In this document: piece after piece, positions 1 to 13,112 of the stretch | How the letters are laid out: each line of letters opens with the position of its first letter | Numbering within the stretch: position 1 is the first letter of the stretch | Assembly (NCBI GenBank): GCA_013265495.1 | Contig: MU058252.1 | Location: 1,274,244 to 1,338,243 of the forward strand | DNA from: Vicugna vicugna | Taxonomy: Eukaryota | Direction of reading: 5' to 3' | Length of the DNA: 64,000 nt | Made by a program: the position numbers and the translations under genes | The notes under the pieces: generated by a model | What the model saw: only the letters and a program-made list of their open reading frames with translations | Told to the model about the DNA's origin: nothing | Database searches by the model: none

Positions 1-1838
1 GTCTGTACAGCAAGGTTGCATGATACAAAGTTAATATACAAAAGTGCATCAGTTTTCTATACATTAGCAAAGAACAAGTGGAATTTGGGGGGGAAATTCA
101 CATTAGCAACTCCCCCCCCCAAAAAAAAATTTAGGTATAAATCTAACAAAATACGTACAAGATCTATATGATGAAGACTACAAAACTTGATGGAAAAAAA
201 AAATCAAAGAAGAACTGAACAGTTATTCCATGTTCAAGAACTGGAAGACTCAATATTTATTACCAAGATGTCAGTTCTTCCCAATTTGATCTATAGAGTC
301 TAGGCAATCCTAATCAAAATCCAGCTCATTATTTTGTGCATAGCAACAAACTGTTTCAAAAATTTATATGGAGAAGCAAAAGACCTGGAATAGCCAACGC
401 AATATTGAAGGAGAAGACAAAGTTGGAGCACTGATACTGTTTAACCTCAAGACTTCCATGAAGCTACAGTAATCAAGATTTATATAGTATTTGCAAAAGA
501 ACAGACAACAAGATCAATGGAACAGAACTGACAGTCTCAAAACAGACTCACATTAAATACAGTTGACTGATCTTTGAGAAAGGAGCAAAGGCAATAAAAT
601 GGAGAAAGACAGTCTTGTCAACAAAGGTGCTGGAACAAGTGGACGTCAAAGTGCATGCACACACATGCACATATACACACAAAGAATCCAGACACAGACC
701 TTATGCCTTCAAAATACTAACTCAAAATGGATCACAGAATGTGAAGTGTGAAACTATAAAACTCTTAAAGGATAAAGTAGGAGGAAATCGAAATGACCTT
801 GGGTTTGGCAATGACTTAACTCTTAAAACTCAACAATATGAAAATAAACTGATTTTAAACTAAGCCAAAGACTTTAACAGACAAAATAGTGGAAGAAGAT
901 GTACAGATAGCAAATAAGCATATGAAAAGATGCCTGACAACATATGTTATCAGGGAGTGTAAATTAAAACAATGAGATACTACTAAATGCCTATCAGAAT
1001 GGCCAAAATCTAGAACACTGACAACACCAAATGTTGGGGAGGCTGTGAAGCAACAGAAACTCTCATTCATTGCTGGTGGGGATGCAAAATGGCACAGCTA
1101 CTTTGGAAAATGGTTTTACAGTCTCTCACAAAACTAAACATTCTCTCACCATATGATCCAGCAATCTTGTTCCTTGGTATTTACCCAAAGGAGCTGAAAA
1201 CTTACGTCTACACAAAAATCTGCACACAAATGTTTATAGCAGCTTTATTCATAATTGCCAAGACTTGGAAGCAACCAAGATGCCCTTCAGTAGGTGAAGA
1301 GATAAGCTGTTGTACATACATAAAATACAGTATTATTCAGCAATAAAAGAAATGAGCTATCAAAGCCAGGAAAAACACCTTAAATGTGTATTATTGAGCC
1401 AATCTGAAAAGGCCACATACTGTATGATTCTATGACATTTTGGAAAAGACAAAACTATGAAGACAGTAAAAAGAGTGATAGTTGCCAGAGGTTAGAGGGG
1501 AAGAAAGATGAACAGGCAGGGCACAGAGGACTTTTAGGGCAGTGGAACCATCTGTATGAGACTATAATGATGGACACATGCCATTATACATTTGTTCAAA
1601 CCCATAAAGTGAACAATAAGAGTGAAACCTAATGTAAACTCTGGACGTAGGGTGAAAAGAGTGTGGCAATGTAGTTTCATCAATCGTAACCAATGTACCA
1701 GTGCTGGCAGGGAATGTTGATAACTGCGTAGGTTATGCATGTATGGGGGCAGGAGGTGAATGGGAAATATCTATGCCTTCCACTCAGTTTTGCTGTGAAT
1801 CAGTAACTGTTCTAAAAACTAAAGTCTATTTTAAAAAT
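1..1838 (+). mobile_element. Old L1 (L1MC-like): degenerate ORF2 3' half plus 3' UTR
   Basis: ORF2 motifs TIKLL..DLGFGND and [47 protein letters not shown] (ORF 1089-1346). The 3' end reads ...ttttgctgtgaa...aaagtctattttaaaaa. An internal deletion of roughly 60 codons appears near 815. Confidence 0.9.
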
Positions 1839-1899
1839 TATGCTAGCAGTAAACTGAAAGGATCAACGTGAACTGATATTTGTAAGCACGTGTATATAC

Positions 1900-2220
1900 C
1901 CACACATCTAATTACTAGTGTATCACTAAAACAGACCAACATAACTAATTCTCAACAGAAATAGTATGATACACATTCTTAGATCCTAGATTTGTATCTC
2001 TAATATTGGTTTCCACTAAAAAAAAACTAGGAATCCTTACAGAGTAGTCAATTTCATATCCCAGGGCACAGAGTATTAAAGATGGGCCTGAAAAATACTG
2101 TTGCCCACAAGCAATGAGCTTTGAAACATTCTGAGGTGATACTAAAAAGGACTCAGAAGCCAGTCAAAAGCTAGTCAACCCACTAGCCATATTATGACAA
2201 CTTGAGAAGAAAAAAAAGTG
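1900..2220 (+). mobile_element. Old L1 3' UTR fragment (L1MC-like)
   Basis: Resembles L1MC 3' UTR (ctaatattggtttccactaaaa...aggactcagaagccag). Confidence 0.55.
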
Positions 2221-2519
2221 TTTAATTATAATTAGCTAAATCATAATTAACCAATTATAATTAACTAAAACAAGCCTGCAAAGCCTTGATTATAAAATGA
2301 TCTCAAAGAAAAGTGGAATTTCTCTTTTCAAGAAAGTAGCACTTCATTCAAGTTGATTTTATTCATAAAGGAAAATACACACAGAACTGGCAAGGGTCAC
2401 CACCTCCAAAATAAAGGCAGGATGTTCTTCCATAAAAACTTAAAGTAACCTGTGAGACTTCCTGCTACTTCCCCAATGACCACTTGAAGGATACTCATTC
2501 CAACCACTTACCCAACCTC

Positions 2520-2520
<1 letters not shown>

Positions 2521-2558
<38 letters not shown>

Positions 2559-2580
2559 TCTCTCTCTCTCTCTCTCTCTC
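2521..2580. repeat. Compound microsatellite (AC)18 plus (TC)~11
   Basis: Read directly from the sequence. Confidence 0.98.
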
Positions 2581-3274
2581 AAGAGTACTCACTTGAATAA
2601 ATACTATTAGTTTACTACAAACCATTAAAGAAATGTGTCAAGGCATAGTTGAGGGTAAAAGAGTTTCCAATAAACCTTGGGCCTTGAGACTTCCACAGAG
2701 ATGATAGAGCCTTGCAGTCAACTGGAATGTGCTTTCAAATTGACTAGAAATTTATGGAACTCTTCTCTTTGTTTGCAAGTTGGTAATTTTAACAATTGTT
2801 CTTTCTCCTTTTCTTTATTATTCTTTTTTGCCCTATGTGTTCACTAAAGGAACTGAACAAAAGTCGTTCCAAGGACAAAGACAGAGCAAAGGCTAACACA
2901 TTTGATTGCATTTAACTTTTGTACAGAAGGCCAGGATAAAAAAATATGGATGTATCATCCTGCTCCTGTTAAACCATTTCACGAAAATTTCATTTGCTTT
3001 GACATCTCATGGGAGATGGTATGAGAAGATAGTCTATTTGTGGGGCTCTTCAGGTAAAAAAAATTAAATGTCAGAATTTTAGTTATGTGGTGATGTTCCA
3101 AGAACAAGAGTAGCCTAGGAAAATATAAGAACGCACTACTGCCTCAATTAGTAAGTCAATGTCTACTATGTGCTTGGCAGTATTAGAGGCACTGGGAATA
3201 AATCAACCAACAAGACAAATTCCTGACCTCATAAAGCTTATATTCTAGTGTGAAAGGCACACAATAAATATGTA

Positions 3275-3558
3275 TAAACAACAAGTTTCCACTGTACAGC
3301 ATAGGGAACTACATTCGGTATCTTGTAGTAACATATAATGAAAAAGAACACGAAAAGGAATATATATATATGTGTATATATATATATATATACACATACA
3401 TGTATGACTGAAATTATGATGTACACCAGAAACTGACACAACATTGTAAACCGACTATAAATAAACAAGCAAACAAACAAATAAATAAATGAGACACATG
3501 CACACAGAGGTTCACAGCAGCACTATTTACTATAGCCAAGATATGGAAGCAACCTAAA
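3275..3558 (+). mobile_element. Young 5'-truncated L1 3' end followed by a short ORF2 piece
   Basis: Reads aacaacaagtttccactgtacagcatagggaactac...cattgtaaaccgactat, then an (AAAC/AAAT) tail, then an ORF2 piece at 3491-3558. AAATATGTA flanks it at 3266-3274 and 3559-3567. Confidence 0.8.
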
Positions 3559-5622
3559 AAATATGTACTATGATGTCAAAACTGCTAAATACTAGGAGAA
3601 AAAGTAAAGCAAGAGAAGAGGACAGACCACACCAAGTGCTGCTTTTCAGACAAGTTGGTAAGGAAAGGCTTCTCTGACAAGAGAGCAACTGAGTAGAGAT
3701 TTGACTGAAGTAAGGGAATATATAGGAGAAAGAGGTTCCAAAGCAAGGAAGACAAAAAGTACAGGTGACTGAGAAAGGAAAGGCTGGAGCCTGGAGAGTA
3801 AGGGAAAGAGCATAAGATGCATTTGGACCAGTAGCCAAGGTCAGTAAAGCTTGAAGATCAAGGGAAGGAAAAGACTCTTACTTTGGGTTTTAAAAGATCA
3901 CTCTGCTACTATGTAGAGAACAAAACTAAAATGGGTAAAGTAAGAGTATAAGCAGTGAGACCAGCTGGGAAGCTTTGGCAGCAGTCCCCACGAGCAGTGG
4001 TGCTGGCAAGTTCTGGAGTCACAGCAGTGGAGAGGAAAAGTGTCTCAAGCCAGGATGTATTACAAAGGTAAAGCCCATATAGTATTTTCCAGTGATCATA
4101 TATGTTTAGCCTAAACAACACACAATGTCATTTACTGAGGCAGGAACAGTGAAAGAAGAGATTTCAGGACAACAATAAATTGTTCCACAGGAAACATTAA
4201 GTTTGAGATCCTCTTTAGACATCGAAGAGATGTTAAGAAGTAAGCTAAAGGTACTGATTGTGTTCAAAGCAAGAAAAGAGCTGGTAATACAATTTTTAGA
4301 GTTACTAGCACACAGATATATTTGAAGCAGCTAAACTGAATGAGACCACCTAATTTGTGCGAAGATGAGCAAAAGACAATGAAAGAGATCAGTGAGAGAG
4401 GAAAAAGCAAGAGAATGTGGTGAAAAGAAAGTCAATTTTTTTTTTAAAGTTTCACTCTTAAAAGTGGTTAGCTGCGTTAAATGCTACTAAATAGTTAAGG
4501 CAGGCAAGACTGAATGGTGGTTCTGGCAACGGCTTTAGTAGAGCAGGAGGAAGAAAGCCTGACTGGAGTAGGTTCATGAGGAAATAGTCAAAAATAAGTA
4601 GCAATCTTAAGTACAGGTAACTCTTTCAAGGATTTTTGCTATAAAGATGAGCAAAGAAGCAACAGAGTAGCTGAAAGAGGATACCTGATCAAGTACTTAT
4701 GTTTATGAAGGGTGAAATGCAGCAAATGCTGCAGCTGATTCATCAAGAGAAGAAATTCATGATGCCGGAAACCAAGGAAAACTGAAGGCACAAAAGCCAC
4801 AACAGAGGACAGGGGACAGAATCCGGGGCACGGGTAGAAGAGTTGGCCTTAGATAACCTCAGACACTTTTCATCCCATTTTCACAGGCGGGAAGGTGGAA
4901 TATAAGGCAGAGATGCAAGCAGGAAAGAAAACTTGATGGTGGATGAATGTGGAATTTCTCTCCTGATTGCTTCTATTTTTCCTTTTTTCACTGAAATAAT
5001 CATCAACTGAAGAATGAAAAATGATATAGAAGAGAGAAGAGAAGGTGGTGAAAGAATTATCACTAATAAAGGGAGAGGAGATTCTAAGTAAAAGTAAAAT
5101 AACTGGAGGGGAGCAATTATGACCCACTTGAGATTGACGTCATAAATTTAAAATGCCACCAGTCAGCAAGTTTATGTTTTTCTCCAGCCATTTTGGCTGC
5201 TAAAATGCAGAATTTGGGTTGTGTTATGAAGGCAAAGTAGTGGGAAGATGGCAAAGGAATTTAGGGTGCATAAGAGAGTGACTACAATGACGGATCACAG
5301 AGTCTGAGCTAGTAAAGGAGGCTGACAAGTCCTATTGTTAAAAACACGGGGTTGGAGGACTCAGTTTGGTTGAAGGATTATTGTGGTGTGGATATTAGGA
5401 AAAAGTGAGCTAGAAAAAGGAGAGGTAGTAGTCAGAGGGTAGGACAGTTGAAACAGATTTTGAAAGTGAAACAGCAGGTGTCCTAGTAAGTGATACAATG
5501 ACAAAGGCTGAAGTATCCCCATAAGAATAAGTGCCTGAGGCGGGCTGGAGAATAGGTGTTTTGAAGAAACCAAGGAGACAAGAGGTCTGCATATTGAACA
5601 GATTACTAAACTGACAATGGGA

Positions 5623-5876
5623 ACCCTCCTACACTGTTGGTGGGAACTAAATTGGTGCAGCCACTATGGAGGACAGTACAGAGGTTCCTTTAAAAACTAA
5701 ACACAGAGTTACCACATGATCCAGCAATCCCACTCCTGGGCATATACCCAGAGAAAAATATAATTCAAAAAGATACATGCACTCCAATGTTCTTAGTAGC
5801 ACTATATACAATAACCAAGACATGGAAACAACCCAAATGGCCACTAACAGATGAGTGGATAAAGATGATGTGGTGT

Positions 5877-5914
<38 letters not shown>

Positions 5915-6284
5915 ATACTACTAAGTCATAAAAAATAAAACAATGCCATTTGCAGCAACATGGATGGACCTGGAGATCATCATTCTAAGTGAAGTAAGCC
6001 AGAAAGAAACAAAAATGCCACATGATGTCACTTATATGTGGAATTTAGGGGGAAAATGACAGAAATGAACTACTTATTTATAACTTAATGACTGATTTTT
6101 TTTTAATATGTGGGCACATTTGACTGTCCACTATGAATGGATTACTACATTCTGTTGATTCTTTGTGGTTGGCTTTATTCTTTTTTTTTTTTTGATAACT
6201 TCGTAAGTTTAAAAAGCTAAAGCACAAAACTATTCTTACAAACAATAAATAGTACATGTATGTAAATTAAAAATTAGAAAAATA
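5623..6284 (+). mobile_element. L1 ORF2 C-terminus fused to about 190 bp of non-L1 sequence, TSD-flanked; contains (AC)n at 5879-5912
   Basis: L1 sequence runs from 5620 to about 6078. TSD AAA(C/T)TGACAATGGGA is at 5608-5622 and 6285-6299. Confidence 0.8.
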
Positions 6285-7494
6285 AAATTGACAATGGGAG
6301 AAGCAGAGGAAAATAAAAAGGGAGGTGCTAAATCTTCAGAGAATGAGAGGAGTACTGAGGAAGACTGCTGCGAAGTGCAGCATAACAGGAGCTGGGGCAC
6401 AGCCTTATAGCACAGGTTTAAAGGAACTTGAAAGTGATCCTTACATGGGAAATGTCACCTGAAACTACAAAAAACTTCTCATTAGAAAGTAACAGCACAA
6501 AGTACAGAACAAAATTTTAAATTAAGGGAAAAATCATAAGAAAAATACCTAGTGGGAAACTTATATAAATTCAAGTTTAAAGTATTGTGGTAATGGATGT
6601 GCACCAAAGGGTAAAAAAGCAGAATTCTGAACGTCCAAGCTTCACTCATGTCACTCTCCCTAACTAGACCCTCTGGGAAAAGGGATGAGAACTGTAGGAG
6701 TTGAAGGCTTTTCTAAGAACTACAGGTACATAATAGCAACACATTTGACAACTAAAAATATTTTATGGAAAACAGTATTTTAAAAAATGTATCAATTTCT
6801 AACTTTTCTCTAAAAGCTATATGACATTCTGTAAGGATTAGGAGACAACATTCAACTCCAGAGGAAAAGTCTATCACTATGTTGAAACTATTCAACAACC
6901 GTAAAGACACTGACAATGGGAGACCGCCCGTACAGAGGTACTCTGATTACGATATGAAACCGAGTCCCTTTGACACCTCATTAAATCACTTTATGTAAAT
7001 TTTAGAAACTACTTTGGACAACCCATTCCGCTTCCTCTTGCAGACACACGATATGCATTAGTTTATTTAAGGCACCTCGAAGTCCAGAGCACCAGGAAGC
7101 ATCTGGTCTGGTTTAACCACGCATCTCACAGTACTACTGGCTAAGAGAACATAATTTTTTCCTCACATAGTACTAACACAATAAGCTTTAGACAAACACT
7201 AGATAGTTCATAAGCCAGAAACACAGTATGAGCTCTTATACTAATGGCCTGGAATTACTATTTATTCCAGTTTTAATTTTGCTTTAATAAAGTATTTATC
7301 TACAGAGATTAAATGATTTCTACTAAATCAGGGCTTTAGGGGGAAAAGAGAACATTCAGCTTTTTCACTTTGCCATTACTTATTAAAATATTTTAGTAGA
7401 TGGAAATTTTAGAATTTTAGAATAGTATGTAGATAAAAGCTAAATTTGTAAATTATTATGAAAATTTTGAAATTTTTAAGTTCAGTTTTGGTAC

Positions 7495-7583
7495 CTGTTT
7501 CCACAGTATTTTCTGTTTCTGTTGTCTCCAGCCCATCCATGCTGTCCTCATCTTCCACTGCAGTTTTTCCTCTACTTCGAGGC
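7495..7583 (-). CDS. KMT2C: Histone-lysine N-methyltransferase 2C (MLL3), coding exon 2 (89 bp, phase 2 to phase 1)
   Basis: Minus strand reads tacttatttctttgtAG|G CCT CGA AGT AGA GGA AAA ACT GCA GTG ... GAA ACA G|GTacca, giving (K)PRSRGKTAVEDEDSMDGLETTETENTVET. This matches the remembered KMT2C N-terminus (...RARKKPRSRGKTAVEDEDSMDGLETTETE.IVETEIKEQ). Splice sites are canonical with a pyrimidine tract. Confidence 0.96.
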
Positions 7584-8099
7584 CTACAAAGAAATAAGTA
7601 CATATAACTAAATGTTACATTTTAAGGCTTAGAATTATACTCAACATAAAGCAGTAGTTGAAGGTACATAGAAATAAAATAATTTAGGCAAGTTTTTCCT
7701 TCGTTTTATCATAAAAATAGTAAACATCACACTTTATAGTCATTTTGCCTCCAAATCTAGCCTTTCTTTATATGCACATGTGGAGACAGGCCCATATTAA
7801 TATATTTGTGTCATCACAACTCACTTCTTTGAGTTATTTTAGGTTTTCCTCTTTCACCAGACTTTGAGATAACTCCATCTACAGTAGTGATTTTTAACAC
7901 CCAATGGGTTCTTCTCAAAGTTTGCACACCAGGTTATACCTCTAGATCTAATGAAACTGAGGAGTGATGCCCAAATGTCTGTATTTTTAAGACACTTATC
8001 CTTTAATGTAAAAAGTTATGCACACCCCTGCAAACCGCAAAAACCTGGTACACATGATTTAATCACACCTGCCTTACAAAAAGGATGCTGAATTTTAAT

Positions 8100-9310
8100 T
8101 TATAAACACTTCACTAAAGTAAAATACATTTAAGAATCATGGTAAAGTAAGATTTTTTTGACCCAATGCAATTAAAAAAAACTAAAACTAATACCTTTAA
8201 AGATTTTGAAGCCTCATAAATAAGGGATAGAAATGAGTGAAAAAAAAAGAAATTAAAAACACATAAATTAATAAAAAATAAGACATTACATATAAAAAAA
8301 CTTAGACATTGACAAAGCAGTATTCATATAATTTCAGAGCTTTAAATTATTTCATTACTTAAAAAGAAAAAATACAAATGAACTCAGTATTTAGTTGAAA
8401 AACACTGAAAGAATAGAAAGCAATAAGAAATAAAGGACAATAATATGGGGAAAAAATTTAAGGCTATTTTAAACAATAGGAAACCCTTTCAATCTTTTTT
8501 TAGAAAAGGATATTAATCAATCAAAACCAATAAAGAAAGATATAAGAATTTCTTAATGATGATTATAAGTCCAAATGGTTTATAAGAAAACTACTTCAAA
8601 CTGTCAAAAAGTCGACCCTGCTCCCCGCAAAATTAAAAAGCAGTATCCGAACCAAAATCCTAACATATCCAAAAACTATGGATGAAAAAATTATTTAAAC
8701 TTAGTAAACATAATCAGCATGCAAGTATGATTTAACAGTAGAAATCTGCCAGTGTAACACATCAAGTCAAACAGCCACAACAGCGTCATTCACGAGGGAA
8801 AGGGGGAAAGGAGGCAGAACCAAAAACACAATGGAAAGAGTGATTAAGACTAAGGTCTATTTTACTGTTCATGGAAAAAGGGAGAGATTATCTTTATAAA
8901 GTCAAAGTAGCCATGTTTAATTTAAAAGAAAACTTCAGAACAATCAGAGGAGAAAGAATGAGGGAAGTCTGACCACTTCAACAGCAGGCAGAAAGCGAGA
9001 AAAATACATAATAAATAGAACATAAAATTAAAAGATTAAAAAATAAACACAAATATGAGTTTCTACTGCAAATATAAATGACTCAAACTTTGCTGTCATT
9101 ATTTAATGATGAAAACAATAATTTACCAGTATAATACAATTCAACAGAACTTCAAATCACATAAAACAAACATTTACAGCATGAAGAGAAATTGATAGTT
9201 TCACAATCATTATGGGAGAAGTTAACATCCCACTCTCAGACACTGATGGACAAAGCATTATATTAAAAGCATTTTAAGCAAATATTTGGACAACACATTT
9301 AAAAAGTATC
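8100..9310 (+). mobile_element. Very degenerate old L1 fragments
   Basis: A-rich with ORF2-like remnants (acaatcattatgggagaagttaacatcccactctcag). Confidence 0.5.
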
Positions 9311-9317
9311 ATTAGAT

Positions 9318-9790
9318 AATTCAATCAATCCTCCTTGTGTCTGGCTCTGTTAAAATGAAGGCTACAGAGGCAAACAAAACAAATCCCTGCCTTCACTAAC
9401 CTACATTCTAGTGAATGTTTGTTACTCATAAAACACATATAATATCAAGAAAATGCTATGGTAAAAATAAAGCAGAGAATGAAGGACTAGCTACCTTTTT
9501 AAATAAGACATTTAAAACACGAAGTTTATACAATAAAATTCTGAGTAAGGAGATGCTTCTGCAGAGATGTGAAGGAGAAGAGGAACCAAATCATGCAGAT
9601 ATCTGAAGGAAGAGCGCTGCAGTGGAAGGAACCGCAACACAAATTCTTAAGAAAAGAGTCTGTGAAGTGATGGTAGGGCGGCAAGGGCACACTGTAGCGG
9701 TAGCAGAGTGACAGAGGAGCAGCAAGGAGATATGAGGTCTAGGAAATTTTTTAAAGGGGGGGGCGGCAGTTAGTTTAAAAACTTGTTGAC
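9318..9790 (-). mobile_element. L2 fragment
   Basis: attcaatcaatc...acaaatccctgccttcactaacctacattctagtg...catgcagatatctgaaggaagagc is a typical reverse-complement L2 3' region. Confidence 0.7.
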
Positions 9791-12700
9791 CAGTTTAACA
9801 GCTAGATACAAGAAGACAGGAAATTCTTGAAATAATCCCAATATGACTGCTACAGTTGGACGAGGATAAGAAATTAATTCACAAGGTATTATGGAGGTAG
9901 AATTTACTTTTCAGCTTTCCTTTATATCCTTCATAATTATGTACACTCGCTGTTAAAGAAACTGAAACACACATGGCTTAGCTGGCTTTGTCGCTTAATC
10001 TTCCAAGCCAATGTTCTGCTCTATTCTAAGTTTCTCTCTCCACTACCCTGACCATCACTAGCCATTATTCTGGGGGGCACAACTGGCTTTATTTCAAACT
10101 TGTTTTATCTAGTTAATATCTCAATATGTTGGTTGTCTGCATTGTGGTATTCATTTGTTAAAAATAAATTTTAATTTTTGCTTTGCTTTTTGTTCTTCTG
10201 ATTTCTCCTATTCTCGATTTTGGCACCAATAAAACATGTGTTTTATATTCATCAGTTCATCAGAATTTTATTCATTCTAGCCAATGGATCAACTTACAAA
10301 CATCATGCCACCTTTAAATTTCCCGTATTTCATTCATGTCTTTTTATTGCTGCTCATTGGCTTTTGGTATGTGATCGTTCTCACTAATCAAACACTGAAC
10401 TTGTTTTTTCTGAATGCAAAAGATAATGGTCATACTGTCAAACCACGTCAGTTGCCAATTTCCATACTTAAATGGTAAAACAGATGAATATATTTTATAT
10501 TTCCATATTGTATTCAGATGTTCTCAGTTTTGGTTTTAAATAGAACTTCGAAGTCTAATTGTAAATGATAACACAAAGATTATTTTAATCTTTCTTTGGT
10601 TTTTTTCTTCTTTCTTCTATTTTCCTTTCTATCTCCTAACCCTTTCATTTTAGTTTCCTTTGTTTCATTTTGTTGCAAAGAAATATGAAGTAAAATATTA
10701 CTACTAACTTTACTGGAGAAAATTTTCCACCAAAAATTCAATGTTCTTTGTTAATCTTGTAAATTAAAACTAATTTGAGTTCCTAAAATAACATAGAAGG
10801 CTTCTACCTAAAGCCACATGGGAACAAGAAGGTTTAAAATTACCTTTAGTCATGAACAACTAGAAAATCAGACAAAATATAAGAAACGCCATTATGAGAC
10901 ACTAGAAAACAGGCAGGGACATGACCACAATCCCTGAAAGAAAGGAAACAAGGTGAACCCTACCATCGCAAAGGCTTCCTGCATGTAGTTAATTTCCAAA
11001 CTATAGCACAGAGAGGGAAGGCCATTGTGCTGAAATGAGCAGAAAGAAATCATGAGTTCAGGGTACTGGAGGCGGCTAGAATCTGTGGAACAGAGTACAC
11101 AACAGGAGGGAGCTGGGCACGGAAAGGGCTCCAGAAATCTGCATAAGGATACTCTCCAGTTTTTATCTGAATACCAATCTGTGTAGCTGTGGTGTAAAAT
11201 CCCATGAGGCTGAACAGGAACAGCTTCCAAAGAAAGAACAATTTCAGAAGAGCTGCAATAGGAACAAGTCCCAGAGCTCCCGGAGAGCCAGGAATCAACT
11301 GTGTGCCCTCTAGCGAGAGTGCCAAGACCTCAATGACTACATAACATATTCACAGAAACTAGAGCGGAATATGCGTTTAGGAATAGGGCTAAATGAAGCC
11401 TAGAACAAATGCCTAGACAACCCACGCAAGAGCTTACAAAAGTCTCAGCAGAATCAAAGCAATCCACAGTTAACTGGTAGCAAAAAAAAAAAAAAAAAAG
11501 TTTAACACTTGTTAAAGTATTGTAACAAAATCTAGCTTTAAGCAACAACAAAAAACCCCACAATGTGTGGCATCCAATAAAAACTTACAAGATACACCAA
11601 GCAGCCAGAAAATGAGTCACAACCAGAAGAAAAATCAAGGAAAAGAAACAAAACAATAGAGCTGATGGAAGGGACAGGCATGGCCATTAAACCAGCTATT
11701 ATCAATATGCCTCATGTTTATTGAATATGGAAAACATGAATATGAGAATAATAATGAAAGATAATTTAAAATGTTAAGAAAATGGAATAGAAGTAACATC
11801 AAAAGAAACTTTAACTTTGAAAGATTTAACATGATTAGAAATTGCAAAAGAAAAGATGACTGACCTTAAAGACATAGGGGGAAAAAAAACCTCTATCCAA
11901 AATAAAGGACAAAGTGGAAGAAAGATAAACACAGCTGCAGTGTCCTGTGGGACAATAATAACCAGTCTGATACGTGTGAGGCTGGAGTTGGAGCGAAGGG
12001 TTCAGAAAAAATGTTTAGTGAGATAACAGCTGTAAGTCTTGCAAACTGCATAATTAAAAACCCACAGATACAAGAAACACAACAAAACCACACACACACA
12101 CACACACACCACACACATACATCGATAAGGCATTTTATAGTCAATTTGCCAAAAAAAGAGTAATAAAGTCTTAAAATCAGCCCCCCAAAAAATACAGTTT
12201 ACAGAGTAACAAAAATAAGAATGACTGCAAGCTTTTCATCTAAAACTATGTAAGCCAGAAGACAGTGAAACAACATACTTAAAAAGGATTAGAGGAAAAT
12301 TTTAAAAAATAATAAACCTTGAATAAAACATACAGCAGAAACTAGCCTTCAAAAATAATAGTAATGTTAAAAACTTTTTCAAACAAATGCTGAACAAATT
12401 CTTCACTAAAAAAACCTTCATTTCAAGATACGTTCAGGAAATTCTTCAGAAAAAAAGGAAAATGATATTCAATAAAAACTTGGATCAGAATTCCTGTATG
12501 TGAAGGAATAAAGAATGATGGAAATGGTAAATACATGAGTAAATATAAAAGGCTTATTTTTAAATCTCTTAAAAAACTAACTCACTGTTCAAAGCAAAAA
12601 TAATTTATTGTGGGCTTCATAATATATATGAAATTTTGATGTATGGCAACAAATGGTTCAAAACACAGGAGGGTAAAAGTGAAAATATACTGATGTATGG

Positions 12701-13020
12701 GTCTTACATTACATTTCAAGTGATAAAATGTTACCTGAAGGTAGATTCTGATGAATTAAAAATACATAAGGTAAATCTTAGAGCTACTCCATTGTATACA
12801 CACATGTGCATGCTTAGCTTATTAGTCAAATAGAGATGAAACAGAATCCTTAAAAATATACAATTAACTCCAAAAAGGAAGGAAATGAATAAAAGGGAAC
12901 AAAAAAAAGGGACTGAGAAAGAACAAATACAAACCAAAGCACAAGTAGATTTAAACTTACCCACATCAATAATTATGTTGAGTGTAAATGGTCTTAACAC
13001 TACAATTAAAAAGCAAAGAC

Positions 13021-13112
13021 GGTGGGAGGGTATGGCTCAGTGGTAGAGTGTGTGCTTAGCATTCTCAAGGTCTTGAGTTCAGTCTCCAGCACCTCCACTA
13101 AAAAGTCTATAA
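13021..13112 (+). mobile_element. Camelid tRNA-derived SINE (Vic-1-like)
   Basis: gggagggtatggctcagtggtagagtgtgtgcttagcat...gagttcagtctccagcacctcc with A-box and B-box-like motifs. Confidence 0.85.

Larger units (their letters stand above)
3140..6440 (-). mobile_element. Long degenerate L2 LINE, interrupted by younger insertions at 3275-3558 and 5623-6284
   Basis: Starts with the reverse complement of an L2 3' end (tctactatgtgcttggcagtattagaggcactgggaata...cttatattctagt). The purine-rich body has L2 motifs such as ttttaaaagatcactctgct and ggtgctaaatcttca. Confidence 0.75.
1..7494 (-). other. KMT2C: KMT2C intron 2 (partial)
   Basis: Follows the GT donor at 7494-7493. The exon-3 peptide (EIKEQSAEED...) is not seen before the window edge. 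Confidence 0.88.

Noticed and set aside
2222..2266. 14-bp palindrome TTAATTATAATTAA and a nearby repeat
   Set aside because: Low-complexity AT-rich sequence at the end of an L1 fragment.
6910..6922. Third copy of TGACAATGGGA(G), suggesting a spaced repeat array or alternative TSD
   Set aside because: The host L2 resumes right after 6299, so the 5608/6285 pair is the TSD. No tail precedes 6910, so a chance match is likely.
7409..7603. 64-aa ORF as a standalone gene
   Set aside because: Only 7495-7583 is exon. The flanking residues are intron read-through past the AG and GT sites.
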